Part shown: piece after piece, positions 10,952 to 20,487 of the stretch
Layout of the letters: every line of letters starts with the position of its first letter
How positions within the stretch are numbered: the first letter of the stretch is position 1
Assembly (NCBI GenBank): GCA_965552055.1
Contig: CBEVQO010000002.1
Span: forward strand, 103,229-167,228
Source of the DNA: an uncultured bacterium
GTDB taxonomy: Bacteria; Hydrothermota; UBA3073; NMUJ01; CBEVQO01
Length of the DNA: 64,000 nt
Direction of reading: 5' to 3'
Made by a program: the position numbers and the translations under genes
The notes under the pieces: generated by a model
What the model was told of the DNA's origin: nothing
What the model saw: only the letters and a program-made list of their open reading frames with translations
Database searches by the model: none

Positions 10952-10975
10952 CTCCCCTCCTTTTGATTTGCATCT

Positions 10976-11368
10976 TCAATTAAAATCATCTACTTCGTCC
11001 TTTGTGTTTAACTTTACAAAATCTTTTAATTCTTTCTCTTCTGCTTCTTCCAGTAAAACATAACAATTTCTGTTCTTGACTTTTTTAAATTCTAACAATG
11101 CAATTTCGGCAACATCAAAGAATTTCTGGAGCCCGCTGTAAATCCTCTCTGCCTCTTCTTTTATCCTTTGAGGAACTCTCTCTGGATAGGCACACATTAT
11201 TCGCACCATTTGATTTAAATCCTGCAAAAATTTTACAGGAATAACCAGAACATCATATCTCACAAATTCTCTTTTTTCATTTAACATTATTAAAATATGA
11301 TAACCCAGCAATTTACTCAATATCTTCATTGTATTTTTAAATGAACCTCCACTTTTTTCAATCCACAT
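10976..11368 (-). CDS. Hypothetical protein
   Basis: ORF overlapping the end of the ClpX-like gene; GGAGG upstream. Confidence 0.55.
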   Translation of the reverse strand: MWIEKSGGSFKNTMKILSKLLGYHILIMLNEKREFVRYDVLVIPVKFLQDLNQMVRIMCAYPERVPQRIKEEAERIYSGLQKFFDVAEIALLEFKKVKNRNCYVLLEEAEEKELKDFVKLNTKDEVDDFN

Positions 11369-12488
11369 ATCTACCTCCCCTTTTAGATTTGATTTTTACA
11401 TTTAATTCGCCATTTTTTACATCGACAATTATTTTGCCTTCTTTTTGCTGACCGAATATTTCAAATGACATTTCTTCGAGATGACGCATTATAACGCTTT
11501 CTATCGCTCTTGCCCCTGTCTGACGCCTTACAGCTTCTTCTACAATGAAATCTTCTGCACGGGGAGTAATACGAATCTCAAATCCTTCTTCCTGAAATTC
11601 GTTTTTCACCTCCTTCAGTTTCAAATGCAATATTTCTTTTAATGTCTTTTTATCAAGTGGCTCAAAAACAATAATTCTCTGAAAGCGGGCAATGAGTTCT
11701 GGCAGAAATCCATAAGATTGAAACTTTGTTACATCTTCGGCGGTATACTGGTCTATTTCGTATGCTATTTTATTTTCCACACTTTTTATTTCTTTTAAGA
11801 AACCTATTTCCTTTTTAACACTGTGGGTTAAAAATCCGCTAAATGCTCCTATTGCGAAAAATAAGATATTTGAAGTATCGATGTGACCTTCGAGTGACAA
11901 ATCGTCTCTTCCGTAACTTACTTTAGAGCCTTCAACGAGTTTTAGTAATTCGCGCTGAACCCCGTATCCTGATACATCCTTTGTCGTACCAGCACCGGCA
12001 AATCTAATATTGCTGTGACAACCCGCTATCTTGTCAAATTCATCTATCGCAACTACTCCGAATTTCGCAAGAAGCACATTGCCATGTGCAGCCTCTATCA
12101 ATTTGTAAGGTATATTTAACACACTTTCGCCAACATAACCAGTTTCGGAATATTTCGTGATATCAATTATCACATAAGGTAGTTTTAAAATTTTACCGAA
12201 TAACAGTTCTATTATATAGGTCTTGCCGCATCCAGTTGGTCCCATCAATAAATAATTTGTCTTTGGTGGTAGATTTTTCTTTTCTCCGCTTAATATTTTC
12301 TTTACTCTTTTGAAATGGCGATATGCAGCTACGCACATAGCTTTGCGAGCACGCTCCTGACCTCTGTAGCCAAGTTCCTCCAGCTTTTGATAAAGCTCCT
12401 GAGGAGTATAAAGCGGAGCAGACAGGAGTTTATTTATCGCAGCCTCATTTGCCTCAATATGTTCTCTATATCGATAAAATGGCTTCAT
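11358..12488 (-). CDS. ClpX-like AAA+ unfoldase lacking the N-terminal zinc-binding domain
   Basis: GQERA, GPTGCGKT, ETGYVGE, IDEFDKI, KDVSGYGVQRELLK, IGF loop, LPELIARF, TGAR; no C4 zinc finger. Confidence 0.88.
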   Translation of the reverse strand: MKPFYRYREHIEANEAAINKLLSAPLYTPQELYQKLEELGYRGQERARKAMCVAAYRHFKRVKKILSGEKKNLPPKTNYLLMGPTGCGKTYIIELLFGKILKLPYVIIDITKYSETGYVGESVLNIPYKLIEAAHGNVLLAKFGVVAIDEFDKIAGCHSNIRFAGAGTTKDVSGYGVQRELLKLVEGSKVSYGRDDLSLEGHIDTSNILFFAIGAFSGFLTHSVKKEIGFLKEIKSVENKIAYEIDQYTAEDVTKFQSYGFLPELIARFQRIIVFEPLDKKTLKEILHLKLKEVKNEFQEEGFEIRITPRAEDFIVEEAVRRQTGARAIESVIMRHLEEMSFEIFGQQKEGKIIVDVKNGELNVKIKSKRGGRYVD

Positions 12489-12504
12489 TTCACCTCCCCT
12501 TATA

Positions 12505-12533
12505 TTATTACCTATTTCTCAAGTTTTCTTACA
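12505..12533 (-). promoter_or_regulatory. Candidate ECF promoter TGTAAG-N16-GTAATAA upstream of the ClpX-like gene
   Basis: One of five same-spaced copies in the island. Confidence 0.65.
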
Positions 12534-15365
12534 TAACTTTTCTAAATTTCCAAACAAATTTGTTTTCCTTTCTTTGATGGAAGAATGATGTATCTCCAGT
12601 AGTTTTGAAATATCTTCTTCTGTGATCAAATAAACACGATTGCGTGCCCTTGTTACGGCAGTATAAAGCATCTCACGGGTTAAAAAACTTTTGCTTAATC
12701 CTTTTGGAATTACAACTATCACATTGTCAAAATCACTACCCTGACTCTTATGGATGGTAATCGCATAAGCGTAATCAAGTTGTGAGAATTCATTTCTCTT
12801 ATATTTAACCTCCCGATTTAAACAATGAAAATATATTTTCCGCTTTTTCACATAGATTTCTTTATCTTTCACATAGCCTATCATACCATTGAAAACCCAT
12901 TTATCATAATTATTTACATTTTGGATAACCTTATCCTTTATTTTTTCTCTACACCAGAAATCATTCACATACATTTCGTCCTTCAATTCATCTGGTATAA
13001 ATTTTGATTCACTCCTTATAAAATGATTTATCAATAAAGATGAAATTCTTCCTTTTTGACGGGTAGGTGTCAAAATTTCGAGTGCATCTTTTATGACCTC
13101 AAATTCAAAGAAATCGCCTTCACCATACTCTTCCATTATAACTTCTATTGCTTTTTCGATTTCTCCTTTTATATCTCCTTTCCCTATATGTTTAACAGTA
13201 ACAACGGGTTTTCCTTCCTCATTTTTCAAACTATAAATCTCACCTTTAATTTCGTCACCGATTTTTATCCGTTCTTTACTTTGCATCATTTCTCTGAGAA
13301 CTTTAATTTTCTCTCTTTCGGGTACACTTTCGAGGAAAAGTTTTGAGAATTCGGTTATTTTCTTTTGATTTGCTCTATAAATTTTACTCAATTCAACTAT
13401 TTTGCCTTTTCCTGTATTTTTAAAGAAATTGTAAATATCATGAAATGGCTTGCCTGCCTCTACCGGGGGCAATTGATTTACATCTCCCACAAATATAATG
13501 TGTTCCAGTGTATGCTTTTTTATTATCCTGAATAAATCTGCAAGCAATGATGTGCCAACCATTGATGCCTCATCAATTATGAGTGCATGTATAGACAATT
13601 TTTTATCTTCTGGTATTCTCCTTTTTAAAACATAATAATCAAAATCAAAAAATTCTTTCATCTCTTGGGCAATCAATCTATGAATTGTTGTTGCTTTTTC
13701 TCCTCCTATTTCTTTATTTATTTTTACAGTTGCTTTACCTGTTGGAGCCACGATTCTAACTTTTGCAAGTCCATTTATCTGCAATGTATTTACTATTGCC
13801 CCAATTGTATGTGTCTTACCGCTCCCAGCAGGTCCAGTCAAAATACTAACATTAGAACTCAATACCTCTCTTACTGCTGATATTTGCTCCAAATCAAATT
13901 TATCATCTTCGGGATACCTGTAGCCGATAGTGCCTTTTTTGAGTAATTCCTTTATCATTTCTTCTATTAGTTTTTCATCTTCTTTTACATCCTTCAAAGT
14001 AAAAATAATATCTTCTTCTCTTCTCTCAATTTCTACCTTTTCTCTGATGTAATCTTCGTATTGAGTAATCTTTTCAATAAAAGTATCAATGTCCATCGAA
14101 AGTTTTTCTCCTTTTTCCTTTAAATCGTTTAATGTAATAGAGGTATTGCCTTTTTTGAGTTCCTCTTTTAAAATCTTTATGAGTAAAGCCCTTATTCTTT
14201 CTTTTGAGTAAGGAGAATAAAATCTTTTTCTGTATTTTTGCTCCCAGTTGTCTATCTCATCAAATGTTATAGGATGAATATCTTCTTTTGGATTGTAAAT
14301 CATTTCTTCGCACAATAAATAAGGATTATTCTTTTCAACGAGATTTTTAATGTTTATAAAATTCTTTCTGATTTGTTTCTTTATCTCTACCAGTTGTGAT
14401 GGTAAAATTTCGTAATAAATTGCATAATCGTATAAGAATTTATGGAAATTATCGTTTTTGTGTATGATTTTTTCAAGTTCTTTTCTCATTTCTTCTTCAC
14501 CTTCTTCTCCTTTTTCTTCCCATTTTGTAATGAATTGGGAGTATATTTCTCCAAAAGGCTCTTTGCCTTCCTTCAGCACATACATAACCGCTGGTAAGCC
14601 CGGATAAATAAATTTTCTGCCCTCAAGTTCCTCCAGTGCCATCTGAATCCGTGCAGGAAATTCTTCAAGCCTTAAAGCATCTTTTCTGAAATCCATATCT
14701 TCAATATATGCTTTTAGTTTCCCATCATCGTATTGTAAGATTTTCTCCAATTTTTTCAACGCCTCTTTAAGTATAACACATGAAATTTCTGTTACAACGA
14801 AGTTTGCCATATTGCTAAAATATAACTTCCATTCGGGTCTAATATCAAGAACAAGGTCATCGGGAAAATCCTTGCCATATTCTTCAAAGTATTCTATCAT
14901 CTCCTGATACGGAAGGATAAAAATTATATCTTCGGGCTTGAACTCAAAATCTATGAGTAACCCCTTTTTATCTTCTTTTAATTTTATATCGGAAGCTTTT
15001 GCACATCCTACTATTATTCTATTTTCGGAAAGTGGATTTTCACGGCAATAAAAGAATAAATAAGTACCTTTACCCATCCTGCTTAAAAATTGATAAGTTT
15101 CTTCTTTTCTTAATCCTTTTATTCCGAAAAATTTACTGCTTCCTTTAAATTCACTGAAGAGTCCTATTTCCCATACACAAGCTTCCCAGTTTAATGGAGG
15201 TTTTTTATCGGCAAATTCACCGCATCTTAATCTATCTCTGCTATATTTTCCGCGTCTTATATGCGAAAATGATTCGCAATATTTATTCGCTAGCGGATTC
15301 CTGCAAATCCGCCCATTCCAGCCACTATCATGCCAGCATATAAGTATGGTAAGACATTTCATCAT
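12519..15365 (-). CDS. RecD2-like SF1B helicase with Cys-containing WHDSGWNG N-terminal domain
   Basis: GPAGSGKT, APTGKA, IIDEASM, GDVNQLPPV, YAITIHKSQGS, LYTAVTRA; start at ATG 15365 after GGAGG. Confidence 0.9.
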   Translation of the reverse strand: MMKCLTILICWHDSGWNGRICRNPLANKYCESFSHIRRGKYSRDRLRCGEFADKKPPLNWEACVWEIGLFSEFKGSSKFFGIKGLRKEETYQFLSRMGKGTYLFFYCRENPLSENRIIVGCAKASDIKLKEDKKGLLIDFEFKPEDIIFILPYQEMIEYFEEYGKDFPDDLVLDIRPEWKLYFSNMANFVVTEISCVILKEALKKLEKILQYDDGKLKAYIEDMDFRKDALRLEEFPARIQMALEELEGRKFIYPGLPAVMYVLKEGKEPFGEIYSQFITKWEEKGEEGEEEMRKELEKIIHKNDNFHKFLYDYAIYYEILPSQLVEIKKQIRKNFINIKNLVEKNNPYLLCEEMIYNPKEDIHPITFDEIDNWEQKYRKRFYSPYSKERIRALLIKILKEELKKGNTSITLNDLKEKGEKLSMDIDTFIEKITQYEDYIREKVEIERREEDIIFTLKDVKEDEKLIEEMIKELLKKGTIGYRYPEDDKFDLEQISAVREVLSSNVSILTGPAGSGKTHTIGAIVNTLQINGLAKVRIVAPTGKATVKINKEIGGEKATTIHRLIAQEMKEFFDFDYYVLKRRIPEDKKLSIHALIIDEASMVGTSLLADLFRIIKKHTLEHIIFVGDVNQLPPVEAGKPFHDIYNFFKNTGKGKIVELSKIYRANQKKITEFSKLFLESVPEREKIKVLREMMQSKERIKIGDEIKGEIYSLKNEEGKPVVTVKHIGKGDIKGEIEKAIEVIMEEYGEGDFFEFEVIKDALEILTPTRQKGRISSLLINHFIRSESKFIPDELKDEMYVNDFWCREKIKDKVIQNVNNYDKWVFNGMIGYVKDKEIYVKKRKIYFHCLNREVKYKRNEFSQLDYAYAITIHKSQGSDFDNVIVVIPKGLSKSFLTREMLYTAVTRARNRVYLITEEDISKLLEIHHSSIKERKTNLFGNLEKLCKKT

Positions 15366-15396
15366 AGCGGCACCTCCATTACTATCTTCTCTCCTT

Positions 15397-16095
15397 TCAA
15401 ATATCCAAAAATTTTGTCGTTCGTTTGACAGCGTTTTCAATCTCTCTCATATCCTGTGCTGTTAGCGGAGGAGAATATATACCCCTTACCACCCACAATC
15501 CCGATTTTCTTATTTCCCATTTCGGAGAATGTAACCCAAGCCAGTTAGAGGAAGGTTTACATAGCGAACAATTTGCCAAAGTACCTATGAGCTTGTTTTC
15601 TATCTCTTTCCTGTTGCTTTCATTATCCCATAAAATAAACCTGAAACTGAATTGAGTGCGCAATATTTGGGTTATTTTTTCTTCTATTTCTTTCTCTTTT
15701 TCAATATCTCTCAAGTGACCGAATCTCTCTCGATTTTTTCTTGGAGTAAAATCAATTTCCCATACTTCGAGATATGGGTCGTTTTCTCGATTCAACAATG
15801 CCCTGCCTAAATTTTTTCTAAAGATACTTCTATCGGAAGGTTTCGGTTTATTTCTATTCCATTCTGTTCTCCTATTTATAAGAAAATGGTCAGCGATGCG
15901 TGATTTAAAATTTTCTTTCTTATGTGTGCCAACACGAACAATCCTCATCTTTTCGCCACCATGTCCCCATTTCTCTCCTTCTTCATAGAAAAAATAAATT
16001 CCACTATCGGGTAGTGTAACAATATCAAAAGGATACTTTATTACAGGTAGTGTCTCCAGAATTTCATGTAACCATTTACATTTTTCTTCTATCAT
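15397..16095 (-). CDS. GIY-YIG-like nuclease
   Basis: SGIYFFYE...IVRVGTH...KSRIADHF...EIENKLI. Confidence 0.65.
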   Translation of the reverse strand: MIEEKCKWLHEILETLPVIKYPFDIVTLPDSGIYFFYEEGEKWGHGGEKMRIVRVGTHKKENFKSRIADHFLINRRTEWNRNKPKPSDRSIFRKNLGRALLNRENDPYLEVWEIDFTPRKNRERFGHLRDIEKEKEIEEKITQILRTQFSFRFILWDNESNRKEIENKLIGTLANCSLCKPSSNWLGLHSPKWEIRKSGLWVVRGIYSPPLTAQDMREIENAVKRTTKFLDI

Positions 16096-16119
16096 CGTTC
16101 CTCCTTATTATTAAATCTT

Positions 16120-16326
16120 TTATTCCTGTTCGACTTTGGGTTCCCAATTTCCGCACACTTCGTTATCTCTCCTTTTATCCTGCCAGTATCCGCACCAGCC
16201 CTCTGCAGATGTTTCGCCCTCTTCACAGGTAACTTCAATATACCCTGTCGCAGGATTGTAGTAACTGCCACTAAAATATTTGCAAGTAGCACAACATCTT
16301 ATATCTGGTCTGATTGAATAACGCAT
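16120..16326 (-). CDS. Small Cys/Trp-rich putative metal-binding protein
   Basis: CCATCKYF...C...GWC...CGNW; TAATG coupling and GGAGG RBS. Confidence 0.65.
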   Translation of the reverse strand: MRYSIRPDIRCCATCKYFSGSYYNPATGYIEVTCEEGETSAEGWCGYWQDKRRDNEVCGNWEPKVEQE

Positions 16327-17102
16327 TACCCCTCCTTTTTTATTTTTACAAGTTTTTCACCTATTTCCTTTATCCCCAATTTTTCAAAATATTTAATGAT
16401 TTCGCTCGGTGTCAGGGGTGCTATCTGCCATATTAAACTATCAAGATGCAACATTGTTATTCTTTTATCGTTTTTCCTGATTTCAGTTAAAATCTCTGTC
16501 CATACTTGCCTTATTTCTTCATCCGATTGTATGCCAAATAACTCTTTGGTAAATTTTCTGACCCTTGAATCAACCGGAATGGGAATCGGTGTAAAATCAA
16601 AATTGTGCTCACCTTTTATTAACAGTGCGATACCGAGGCATTTCATCGCAAAACAAATTGTTTTCGCAGATTTATTCTGCCCCATTATAAAAGCAAGTTT
16701 ATTCCATATATTCAGGAAATCTGTTGCAATACTTTGTGGAGTGCTTTCCCATATTTCTCTTGCAAGTTCACTTCTAAAATATTTTTCAAGGCGATTTAAT
16801 TTTGCTGTTCTCATTCTTTCATTTTCGTAGAATCTTGCAAGATAAAGATGAAGTTCTTTTAATGTGGAAGGTGCAGGTAGATTCTGGAGTTTCTGTCTTA
16901 TCACGGGCCAGTATGCTATTTCTGCTTTGCCTTTTAGCTGATAATCATTCAGTCCCACAGCGAGCATAAGATTTGCGAATGCACCGAATTTGTATCTGTC
17001 AGCAAATATGTGAAGATGCTTCCACTCGGGCTCATTATGTACAATGCTGTCCCATGCATTATAAGGTATTTGACCCAATATTTTGGCAATTTCTCCTTTC
17101 AT
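16326..17102 (-). CDS. Archaeal-type 8-oxoguanine N-glycosylase/DNA lyase (AGOG family)
   Basis: DYQLKGKAE..YW, KTICFAMK, IPIPVDSRV, LHLDSLIW. Confidence 0.82.
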   Translation of the reverse strand: MKGEIAKILGQIPYNAWDSIVHNEPEWKHLHIFADRYKFGAFANLMLAVGLNDYQLKGKAEIAYWPVIRQKLQNLPAPSTLKELHLYLARFYENERMRTAKLNRLEKYFRSELAREIWESTPQSIATDFLNIWNKLAFIMGQNKSAKTICFAMKCLGIALLIKGEHNFDFTPIPIPVDSRVRKFTKELFGIQSDEEIRQVWTEILTEIRKNDKRITMLHLDSLIWQIAPLTPSEIIKYFEKLGIKEIGEKLVKIKKEG

Positions 17103-17114
17103 TTCACCCCTCTT

Positions 17115-20100
17115 TTATTTAAATTTTATTTCTTTTACTTTTTTATCCGATACATCGTAAAACTCAATCACTTCTAATCGAGGGAATTTTTCTTTTGTTA
17201 TTTTACTCACATCGCAATCTTCATCAACTTTTAATCTTTTTATATTTTTAGGTAATTTTTCGGGGTCAATTGAACTAATTTTTATCGGCCAAACTCTCCT
17301 CATATCAACTTCTTCTACTTCATCAAGTTTACTTAAATCAATATCATGCGCACCTATTCTTTTAACACTTCGAGGTATAACATCGTAGGTTAACTTCTTT
17401 AAAGGTGTTTTCCTAACATCAAGTTCTTCAAGTTCTTCCATTCCGCTCAAATCTATTTCTCTCAAATTTTCACATCTATAAGCATCTATCCTTTTCACTC
17501 TCTTTGGTAACTTTCTGTAATCAAGAGAGGTTATGGAAGTCCAGCTTACATCAAGTTCTTCAATCTCTTCAAGTTCACTCAAATCTATATCACCTGCTCC
17601 TATTTTCTTTACACTACGCGGTATAACATAATAGGTCAACTTCTTTAAAGGGGTTTCCCTTACATCAAGCACTTCAAGTCCTTCCACCCCGCTCAAATCT
17701 ATTTCTCTCAAATTTTCGCACCGCCAAGCATCTATCCTTTTCACTCTCTTTGGTAACTTCCTGTAATCAAGAGAAGTTATGGAAGTCCATCTTACATCAA
17801 GCTCTTCAAGTTCTTCCATTCCACTCAAATTCATTTCTCTCAGATTTTTGCATCCGGAAGCATTTATCCGCCTCACTCTCTTTGGTAACTTTCTGTAATC
17901 AAGAGAGGTTATGGAAGTCCTGCTTACATCAAGTTCTTCAATCTCTTCGAGTTCACTTAAATCTATATCACCTGCTCCTATTTTCTTCACACTGCGGGGT
18001 ATAACATCATAGGTCAACTTCTTTAAAGATGTTTCCCTAACATCAAGCTCTTCGATTCCTTCAATCCTGCTCAAATCTATTTCTTTCAGATTTTCGCACT
18101 CATAGACATCTATCCTTTTCACTCTCTTTGGCAATTTCCTGTAATCAAGAGAGGTTACGGAAGTCCTGCTTATATTAAGTTCCGCAAGTCCTTCCATTCC
18201 ACTCAAATCTATTTCTCTTAGATTTTGGCAGTAAGAAGCATCTATCCTTTTTACTTTCTCTGGTAACTTTCTGTAATCAAGAGAGGTTATGGAAGTCCAG
18301 CTTACGTCAAGTTCTTCAAGTTCTTCAAGTTCACTCAAATCTATATCACCTGCTCCTATTTTCTTTACACTGCGGGGTATAACATCATAGGTCAACTTCT
18401 TTAAAGGTGTTTCCTTCACATCAAGTTTTTCAAGCCCTTCAATTCCACTCAAATCTATTTCTCTCAAATTTTTACACTTGGAGGCATATATCATTTTCAC
18501 TCTCTTTGGCAATTTATTAAGAGAAGTTATGGAAGTCCTGCTTACATCAAGTTCTTCAAGCCCTTCCATCCTACTCAAATCTATTTTTATCAGATTTTCG
18601 CACCGACGAGCATCTATCCTTTTAACTTTCTTTGGTAATTTCTTGTAATTAAGAGAAGTTATGGAAGTCCTACTCACATCAAGTACTTCAAGTTCTTCCA
18701 TTCTGCTCAAATCTATTCCTTTCAAATTTTCGCAGTCGGAAGCATTTATCATTTTCACTCTTTTCGGTAACTTCCTGTAATCAAGAGAGGTTATGGGAGT
18801 CTCATTTACATAAAGTTCTTCAAGTTCTTCCATTCCGCTCAAATCTATTTCTCTCAAATTTTCGCATTCAGGGGCATGCATCATTTTCACTCTCTTTGGT
18901 AACTTCCTGTAATCAAGAGAGGTTATGGGAGTCCAGCTTACATCAAGCACTTCAAGTTCTTCAAGTTCACTCAAATCTATATCACCTGCTCCTATTATCT
19001 TCACACTTCGAGGTATAACATCATAGGTCAGCTTCTTTAAATGTGTTTCCCTCACATCAAGCACTTCAAGTCCTTCAATTCCACTCAAATCTATTTCTCT
19101 CAGATTTTTGCAGTAAGAAGCATCTATCATTTTCACTCTCTTTGGTAACTTTCTGTAATCAAGAGAGGTTATGGAAGTCACGCTTACATCAAGTTCATCA
19201 AGTTCTTCGAGCTTTTCAATTCCACTCAAATCTATTTCTCTGAGATTTTCGCACCACGAAGCATCTATCTTTTTCACTCTTTTTGGTAATTTCTTGTAAT
19301 CAAGAGAGGTTATGGAAGTCCTGCTTACATCAAGTTCTTCAATCTCTTCAAGTTCACTTAAATCTATATCACCTGCTCCTATTTTCTTCACACTGCGAGG
19401 TATAACATCATAGGTCAACTTCTTTAAAGGTGTTTCCCTCACATCAAGTTCTTCAAGCCCTTCAATTCCGCTCAAATCTATTTCTTTCAAATTTTCGCAG
19501 TCGGAAGCATTTATCTTTTTCACTCTTTTTGGTAATTTCCGGTAATCAAGAGAGGTTATGGAAGTCCCGCTTACATTAAGTGTTTCAAGTTCTTTCATTC
19601 CACTCAAATCTATTTCTCTGAGATTTTTGCATCCAGAAGCATCTATCCATTTCACTCTCTTTGGTAATTTCTTAAGAGAGGTTATGGAAGTCCTACTCAC
19701 ATTAAGCACTTCGAGTTCTTCCACCCCGCTCAAATCTATTTCTTTCAAATTTTCGCAGTCGGAAGCATTTATCTTTTTCACTCTTTTTGGTAATTTCCGG
19801 TAATCAAGAGAGGTTATGGAAGTCCCGCTTACATTAAGTGTTTCAAGTTCTTTCATTCCACTCAAATCTATTTCTCTGAGATTTTTGCATCCAGAAGCAT
19901 CTATCCATTTCACTCTCTTTGGTAATTTCTTAAGAGAGGTTATGGAAGTCCTACTCACATTAAGCACTTCGAGTTCTTCCATTCCGCTCAAATCTATTTC
20001 TTTCAAATTTTCGCACCACGAAGCATCTATCTTTTTCACTCTCTTTGGTGACTTTCTGTAATCAAGAGAGGTTATGGAAGTCCCGCTTACATTAAGTTCT

Positions 20101-20474
20101 TCAAGTTCTTCAAATTCACTCAAATCTATTTCACCTGCTCTTATTCTCTTCACACTTCGAGGTATGACATCACAGGTCAACTTCTTTAAAGGTGTTTCTC
20201 TCACATCAAGTTCTTCAAGTTCTTCCATTCCGCTCAAATCTATTTCTCTCAAATTTTCGCATCCATAAGCATCTATCTTTTTCACTCTCTTTGGTAACTT
20301 TCTGTAATCAAGAGAGGTTATAGAAGTCTCGCTCACATCAAGTTCCTTAATTTCTTCGAGTTTATGCAGGTCATCGCTTTCATACACTTCTGCATCTTCT
20401 ATACGCAATTCTCTAATGAATTCATCCCATACCACTTTGACTCCCCACTTTTTCAAAAATTCTTCCATTTTCAT
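17115..20474 (-). CDS. Large cytoplasmic leucine-rich-repeat protein
   Basis: 17 A-type units (LEELDVSxTSITSL..KLPKRVKxIDAxxCxNLxEIDLS) and 7 B-type units (LDVRETPLKKLTYDVIPRSVKKIGAGDIDLS); no signal peptide. Confidence 0.92.
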   Translation of the reverse strand: MKMEEFLKKWGVKVVWDEFIRELRIEDAEVYESDDLHKLEEIKELDVSETSITSLDYRKLPKRVKKIDAYGCENLREIDLSGMEELEELDVRETPLKKLTCDVIPRSVKRIRAGEIDLSEFEELEELNVSGTSITSLDYRKSPKRVKKIDASWCENLKEIDLSGMEELEVLNVSRTSITSLKKLPKRVKWIDASGCKNLREIDLSGMKELETLNVSGTSITSLDYRKLPKRVKKINASDCENLKEIDLSGVEELEVLNVSRTSITSLKKLPKRVKWIDASGCKNLREIDLSGMKELETLNVSGTSITSLDYRKLPKRVKKINASDCENLKEIDLSGIEGLEELDVRETPLKKLTYDVIPRSVKKIGAGDIDLSELEEIEELDVSRTSITSLDYKKLPKRVKKIDASWCENLREIDLSGIEKLEELDELDVSVTSITSLDYRKLPKRVKMIDASYCKNLREIDLSGIEGLEVLDVRETHLKKLTYDVIPRSVKIIGAGDIDLSELEELEVLDVSWTPITSLDYRKLPKRVKMMHAPECENLREIDLSGMEELEELYVNETPITSLDYRKLPKRVKMINASDCENLKGIDLSRMEELEVLDVSRTSITSLNYKKLPKKVKRIDARRCENLIKIDLSRMEGLEELDVSRTSITSLNKLPKRVKMIYASKCKNLREIDLSGIEGLEKLDVKETPLKKLTYDVIPRSVKKIGAGDIDLSELEELEELDVSWTSITSLDYRKLPEKVKRIDASYCQNLREIDLSGMEGLAELNISRTSVTSLDYRKLPKRVKRIDVYECENLKEIDLSRIEGIEELDVRETSLKKLTYDVIPRSVKKIGAGDIDLSELEEIEELDVSRTSITSLDYRKLPKRVRRINASGCKNLREMNLSGMEELEELDVRWTSITSLDYRKLPKRVKRIDAWRCENLREIDLSGVEGLEVLDVRETPLKKLTYYVIPRSVKKIGAGDIDLSELEEIEELDVSWTSITSLDYRKLPKRVKRIDAYRCENLREIDLSGMEELEELDVRKTPLKKLTYDVIPRSVKRIGAHDIDLSKLDEVEEVDMRRVWPIKISSIDPEKLPKNIKRLKVDEDCDVSKITKEKFPRLEVIEFYDVSDKKVKEIKFK
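19468..19983. repeat. Near-perfect 258-bp tandem duplication inside the LRR gene
   Basis: Sequence at 19468 recurs at 19726; antisense shadow ORFs 19558 and 19816 are offset by 258. Confidence 0.85.
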
Positions 20475-20487
20475 TTTACCCCTCCCA

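Noticed and set aside
16092-16292. Alternative minus-strand 66-aa ORF
   Set aside because: Overlaps 16120-16326, which has an RBS, TAATG coupling and a Cys motif
17115-20474. Regular DNA repeats resembling a CRISPR array or a DGR template/variable pair
   Set aside because: Repeats are in-frame LRR coding units with no unique spacers; no cas, reverse transcriptase or non-coding template copy is in the window
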